From the NCBI GenBank assembly GCA_947478395.1, contig CANJVR010000003.1:256001-320000 (forward strand): 64,000 nt of DNA, read 5' to 3'. How positions within the stretch are numbered: position 1 is the stretch's first letter; each line of letters starts with the position of its first letter. The notes under the pieces were generated by a model, which saw only the letters and a list, made by a program, of their open reading frames with translations, was not told where the DNA came from and searched no databases. Shown here piece after piece: positions 61,118 to 64,000 of the stretch. This DNA is from Opitutia bacterium. GTDB taxonomy: Bacteria > Verrucomicrobiota > Verrucomicrobiia > Opitutales > Opitutaceae. Position numbers and translations under genes: made by a program.

Positions 61118-61606
61118 GTGAATCCAGAGGCCGCCGCTATTATTGCCCGACTCCAACTTACACCCCTGGCCCAGGAAGGCGGATTCTTCCGTCAAACGTG
61201 GCGCAGTGCCGACGTGTTGCCCGACGGCCGGGCCGCCGGTGGCGCGATTTATTTTCTGATGACGCCGGCGGATTTTTCCGCGCTGCATCGGCTGCGGATG
61301 GCCGAAGTCTGGCATTTCTACGCGGGCGATCCCGTCGAGCACCTCCAGCTCGACCCCGCGCGCCGCGTCGGAATTTCGACCGTGATGGGATCGGATCTTT
61401 TGGCCGGACATACGCCGCAACTGCTGGTACCCGCCGGCGTCTGGCAAGGTGCACGGTTGGTTCCGAATGGGTTTCGCGGCTGGTCGCTCATGGGCACAAC
61501 GACGTGCCCGGCTTGGACCACGGACGATTTCGAACTTGGCAGTCGGGTCGATCTTCAGCGCGAATTTGGGGTGCACAGCGCATCGATTGCAGCCCTGACG
61601 CGATGA
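61118..61606 (+). CDS. Cupin domain protein (DUF985 / cupin_5)
   Basis: EGGFFRQTWRS, AIYFLM, SALHRL..EVWHFYAGDP, VPAGVWQGA. Confidence 0.88.
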   Translation: MNPEAAAIIARLQLTPLAQEGGFFRQTWRSADVLPDGRAAGGAIYFLMTPADFSALHRLRMAEVWHFYAGDPVEHLQLDPARRVGISTVMGSDLLAGHTPQLLVPAGVWQGARLVPNGFRGWSLMGTTTCPAWTTDDFELGSRVDLQREFGVHSASIAALTR

Positions 61607-61649
61607 TTTTTGACAGCTGCCCCGCCGCTTCCCAACGTCGCGACTAACG

Positions 61650-62288
61650 ATGAGCTTGGCCGACCTTCGCAAAGATTATTCCCTCGCGGGTCTCACCGAA
61701 AAAGACCTCGCGAAAGATCCCTTCCGCCAATTTGAAAAATGGTTTCAGGAAGCGGAAGCAGCCAAGCTGGTTGAACCCAACGCCATGACGCTTTCGACGG
61801 CGGATAACCGGGGCCAGCCGTCGGTCCGGATCGTGTTGCTCAAGGGTTTGGATGGCCGCGGATTTACGTTCTTCTCGAATTATGAGAGCCGGAAAGGCCG
61901 CGAACTCGCCGCCAATGGCCGCGCCGCGTTGTTGTTTCCCTGGCTCGCGATGGAGCGGCAGGTGATCGTCGAAGGCCCGGTGACGCGTGTCACGCGGGAG
62001 GAAAGCGAGACGTATTTTCACTCACGGCCGCGCGCGAGTCAGTTGGGCGCGTGGGTTTCGCAACAGAGCTCGATCATCTCTGGGCGCAAAGTGCTCGAGG
62101 ACAGCCTGCAGGTGTTGGAGAAAAAATATGCGGGTGCGGAAGTCCCGTTGCCGTCGAATTGGGGTGGCTATCGCGTGGCTCCCGAAACGATCGAGTTCTG
62201 GCAAGGCCGGCGAAGCCGGCTGCATGATCGCCTCCGTTATCGCCGCGAAAAAGATGGCGGCTGGTCGGTCGAGCGCCTCGCTCCTTGA
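61650..62288 (+). CDS. pdxH: Pyridoxamine 5'-phosphate oxidase
   Basis: EPNAMTLST, RIVLLK, NYESRKG, EFWQGRRSRLHDR. Confidence 0.97.
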   Translation: MSLADLRKDYSLAGLTEKDLAKDPFRQFEKWFQEAEAAKLVEPNAMTLSTADNRGQPSVRIVLLKGLDGRGFTFFSNYESRKGRELAANGRAALLFPWLAMERQVIVEGPVTRVTREESETYFHSRPRASQLGAWVSQQSSIISGRKVLEDSLQVLEKKYAGAEVPLPSNWGGYRVAPETIEFWQGRRSRLHDRLRYRREKDGGWSVERLAP

Positions 62289-62486
62289 TTTCGGCCAACT
62301 TCGCCGCGTGAAGAAAAAAGCAACCCAAGCTCCGCTTGCTCGACATCGGCCAGGAAGAAACCACGCACCCCTTCGAGCGGCTGCAGTCGCATCACATGCG
62401 GTGTTTGCCGAATCCTTTCGCGCTCGGCGCTCAGCTGAAAACCGCCCGCAAGCGCCTCGTCACGTGAAAATTCTGCGTTGCGGACT

Positions 62487-62954
62487 ATGTATCTCTATTT
62501 GATTCGTCACGCCCACGCCCACGCCGCGGCAGAAGATGCGGAGCGGCCGCTCAGCCCAAAAGGTCGTGATCAAATCCGGCGCTTGGTCAAAGGCTTGTCC
62601 GCGACCACCGCCTTTCAGCCGGATGAAATCTGGCATAGCCCGCTGACCCGCTCGCGTCAGACCGCGCGCTTGCTGGCGAAACAACTTTCGCTTTCCGCGT
62701 CCATTCACGAAATCGCCGGGCTCGTACCCGAGGCCAACCCGCGGCCCACCGCGACCCGGCTGCGCGGCGCGCGCCACGCCATTGCCATCGTTGGGCACGA
62801 GCCGCACTTGAGCGCCCTTGCCTCGCTGCTGGTCACCGGCGTGCCGGGTCGGGTGATTTTCAAGTTGAAGAAATGTTCGCTGCTCGCGCTAGAGTTGCGT
62901 GGCACGCAGTGGACGGTTCGCTGGCAACTCGCACCGGAACTGTTCGGCGCCTGA
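62487..62954 (+). CDS. sixA: Phosphohistidine phosphatase SixA
   Basis: LYLIRHA, RPLS..G, SPLTRSRQTA, VGHEPHL. Confidence 0.88.
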   Translation: MYLYLIRHAHAHAAAEDAERPLSPKGRDQIRRLVKGLSATTAFQPDEIWHSPLTRSRQTARLLAKQLSLSASIHEIAGLVPEANPRPTATRLRGARHAIAIVGHEPHLSALASLLVTGVPGRVIFKLKKCSLLALELRGTQWTVRWQLAPELFGA

Positions 62955-62981
62955 GATGCTGGCACCCCTTCGCCCCGTGGC

Positions 62982-63911
62982 ATGAAGATTTTCCTGACCG
63001 GCGCCTCGGGTCTCGTCGGCGCGGCCTTTGCTCGCGCGGCCGAGCGGCGGGGCCATCGCGTGGTGGGAATTGTGGGCCGTTTTACCGGCGATTTGCCGGG
63101 CGTGGCGGAACGGCGGACCTTTGATCTCGCCGATGAAACAGCGCTGACCAGCGCGGTGCTCGACGCGTTTCCCGAGGCGATCGTCAATTGTGCCGCGATT
63201 TCAGAACCTGCCGCGGTCGACGCCGATCCGGCGCGGGCGCAAGCCCTCAACGTCGCGCTGCCGGCAACTCTTGCGCGCCTGGCGCATCACATGAGTGCCC
63301 GCTGCGTGCACATTTCCTCGGAGCAGGTGTTCGATGGAGCGCTCATCGCACCGTATCGCACCGACAGCGCGACCGGGCCGATCAATCTCTATGGCCGCCA
63401 GAAATTGGAGAGCGAGCAAGCGGTGCACGCGGCCGCGCCGGAGTTCGCGGCGACGGTGCGGGCGCCGTTACTCATGGGCAACAGCCCCGGCGGACGTCGC
63501 AGTATGCACGAGCGCCTGTTCAACGACTGGGGCGCGGGCAAGGCGGTCCAACTTTACGCGGACGAGTTTCGCCAGCCGTGCACGGGTGAAAATCTGGCGG
63601 AGGTGCTGCTCGAACTGTGTGAACGACGCGACCTTTGTGGCGTGTTTCATTGGGCTGGCTCAGAATTGGTGTCGCGCTTTGCCCTCGGTCTCGCGGTACG
63701 CGAGCATTTCAAACTTCCGCCTGAACGCGCACCCATCATCTCGGTTAGTCGCGCCGAACGCCCGGAGATCGCGCGCGGACGCCAGGCGTGTCTCGCGCTC
63801 GATCTCGCACCTCTCATGGGAAAGCTGAAAACGCGCCCGCAAACCGTGGCCGCCCAGCTTGCGGAACTGCAAGTGCCGCCCGCGGCGCGCTCATGGTATT
63901 TTTCCGCGTAA
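62982..63911 (+). CDS. dTDP-4-dehydrorhamnose reductase family SDR (RmlD-like)
   Basis: TGASGLVG, VNCAA, HISSEQVFDG, YGRQK, DEFRQP. Confidence 0.85.
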   Translation: MKIFLTGASGLVGAAFARAAERRGHRVVGIVGRFTGDLPGVAERRTFDLADETALTSAVLDAFPEAIVNCAAISEPAAVDADPARAQALNVALPATLARLAHHMSARCVHISSEQVFDGALIAPYRTDSATGPINLYGRQKLESEQAVHAAAPEFAATVRAPLLMGNSPGGRRSMHERLFNDWGAGKAVQLYADEFRQPCTGENLAEVLLELCERRDLCGVFHWAGSELVSRFALGLAVREHFKLPPERAPIISVSRAERPEIARGRQACLALDLAPLMGKLKTRPQTVAAQLAELQVPPAARSWYFSA

Positions 63912-64000
63912 TGCGGCGCTTTCGCCGGCGTCGGTGCTCCCATATAATGTTTTGCGGGGTGAAGGCATCGCACCCACATCGCGACCGAGCGGATGTCGCA

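Overview
High-GC bacterial chromosomal segment. The gene repertoire and protein styles suggest Verrucomicrobiota, probably Opitutaceae; this is inferred, not searched. It holds about 55 genes, mostly core or housekeeping: the recA 5' end, gltBD, a sugar-acid catabolic operon, hisN-like phosphatase, Uup ABC-F, malQ, RluA, glyQS, a SWIM-SNF2 helicase, pssA, dnaN, pdxH and sixA. I recognised no rRNA, tRNA, CRISPR array, intact transposase or prophage. The most interesting parts are: (1) a 9-gene fatty-acid modification operon (desaturase, UfaD-like, UfaO/DUF1365, two cfa-type methyltransferases, DUF1475, DUF2062, DUF1295) ending in an exported RMDN-like TPR protein that carries an in-frame VapC remnant; (2) a translationally coupled alpha/beta-hydrolase + GH3 amido-synthetase pair converging on an Ntn acylase operon with a DUF5069-gluconokinase fusion; (3) a strand-specific four-hairpin leader upstream of a TonB-C-only secreted protein; (4) a candidate oriC upstream of a dnaN that has no dnaA beside it, preceded by an orphan RelE-like gene coupled to pssA; (5) an NDH-2 with a C-terminal cNMP-binding domain; and (6) several REP-like palindromes and decayed pseudogenes. 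All calls come from motif recognition by eye, and start codons are best estimates.
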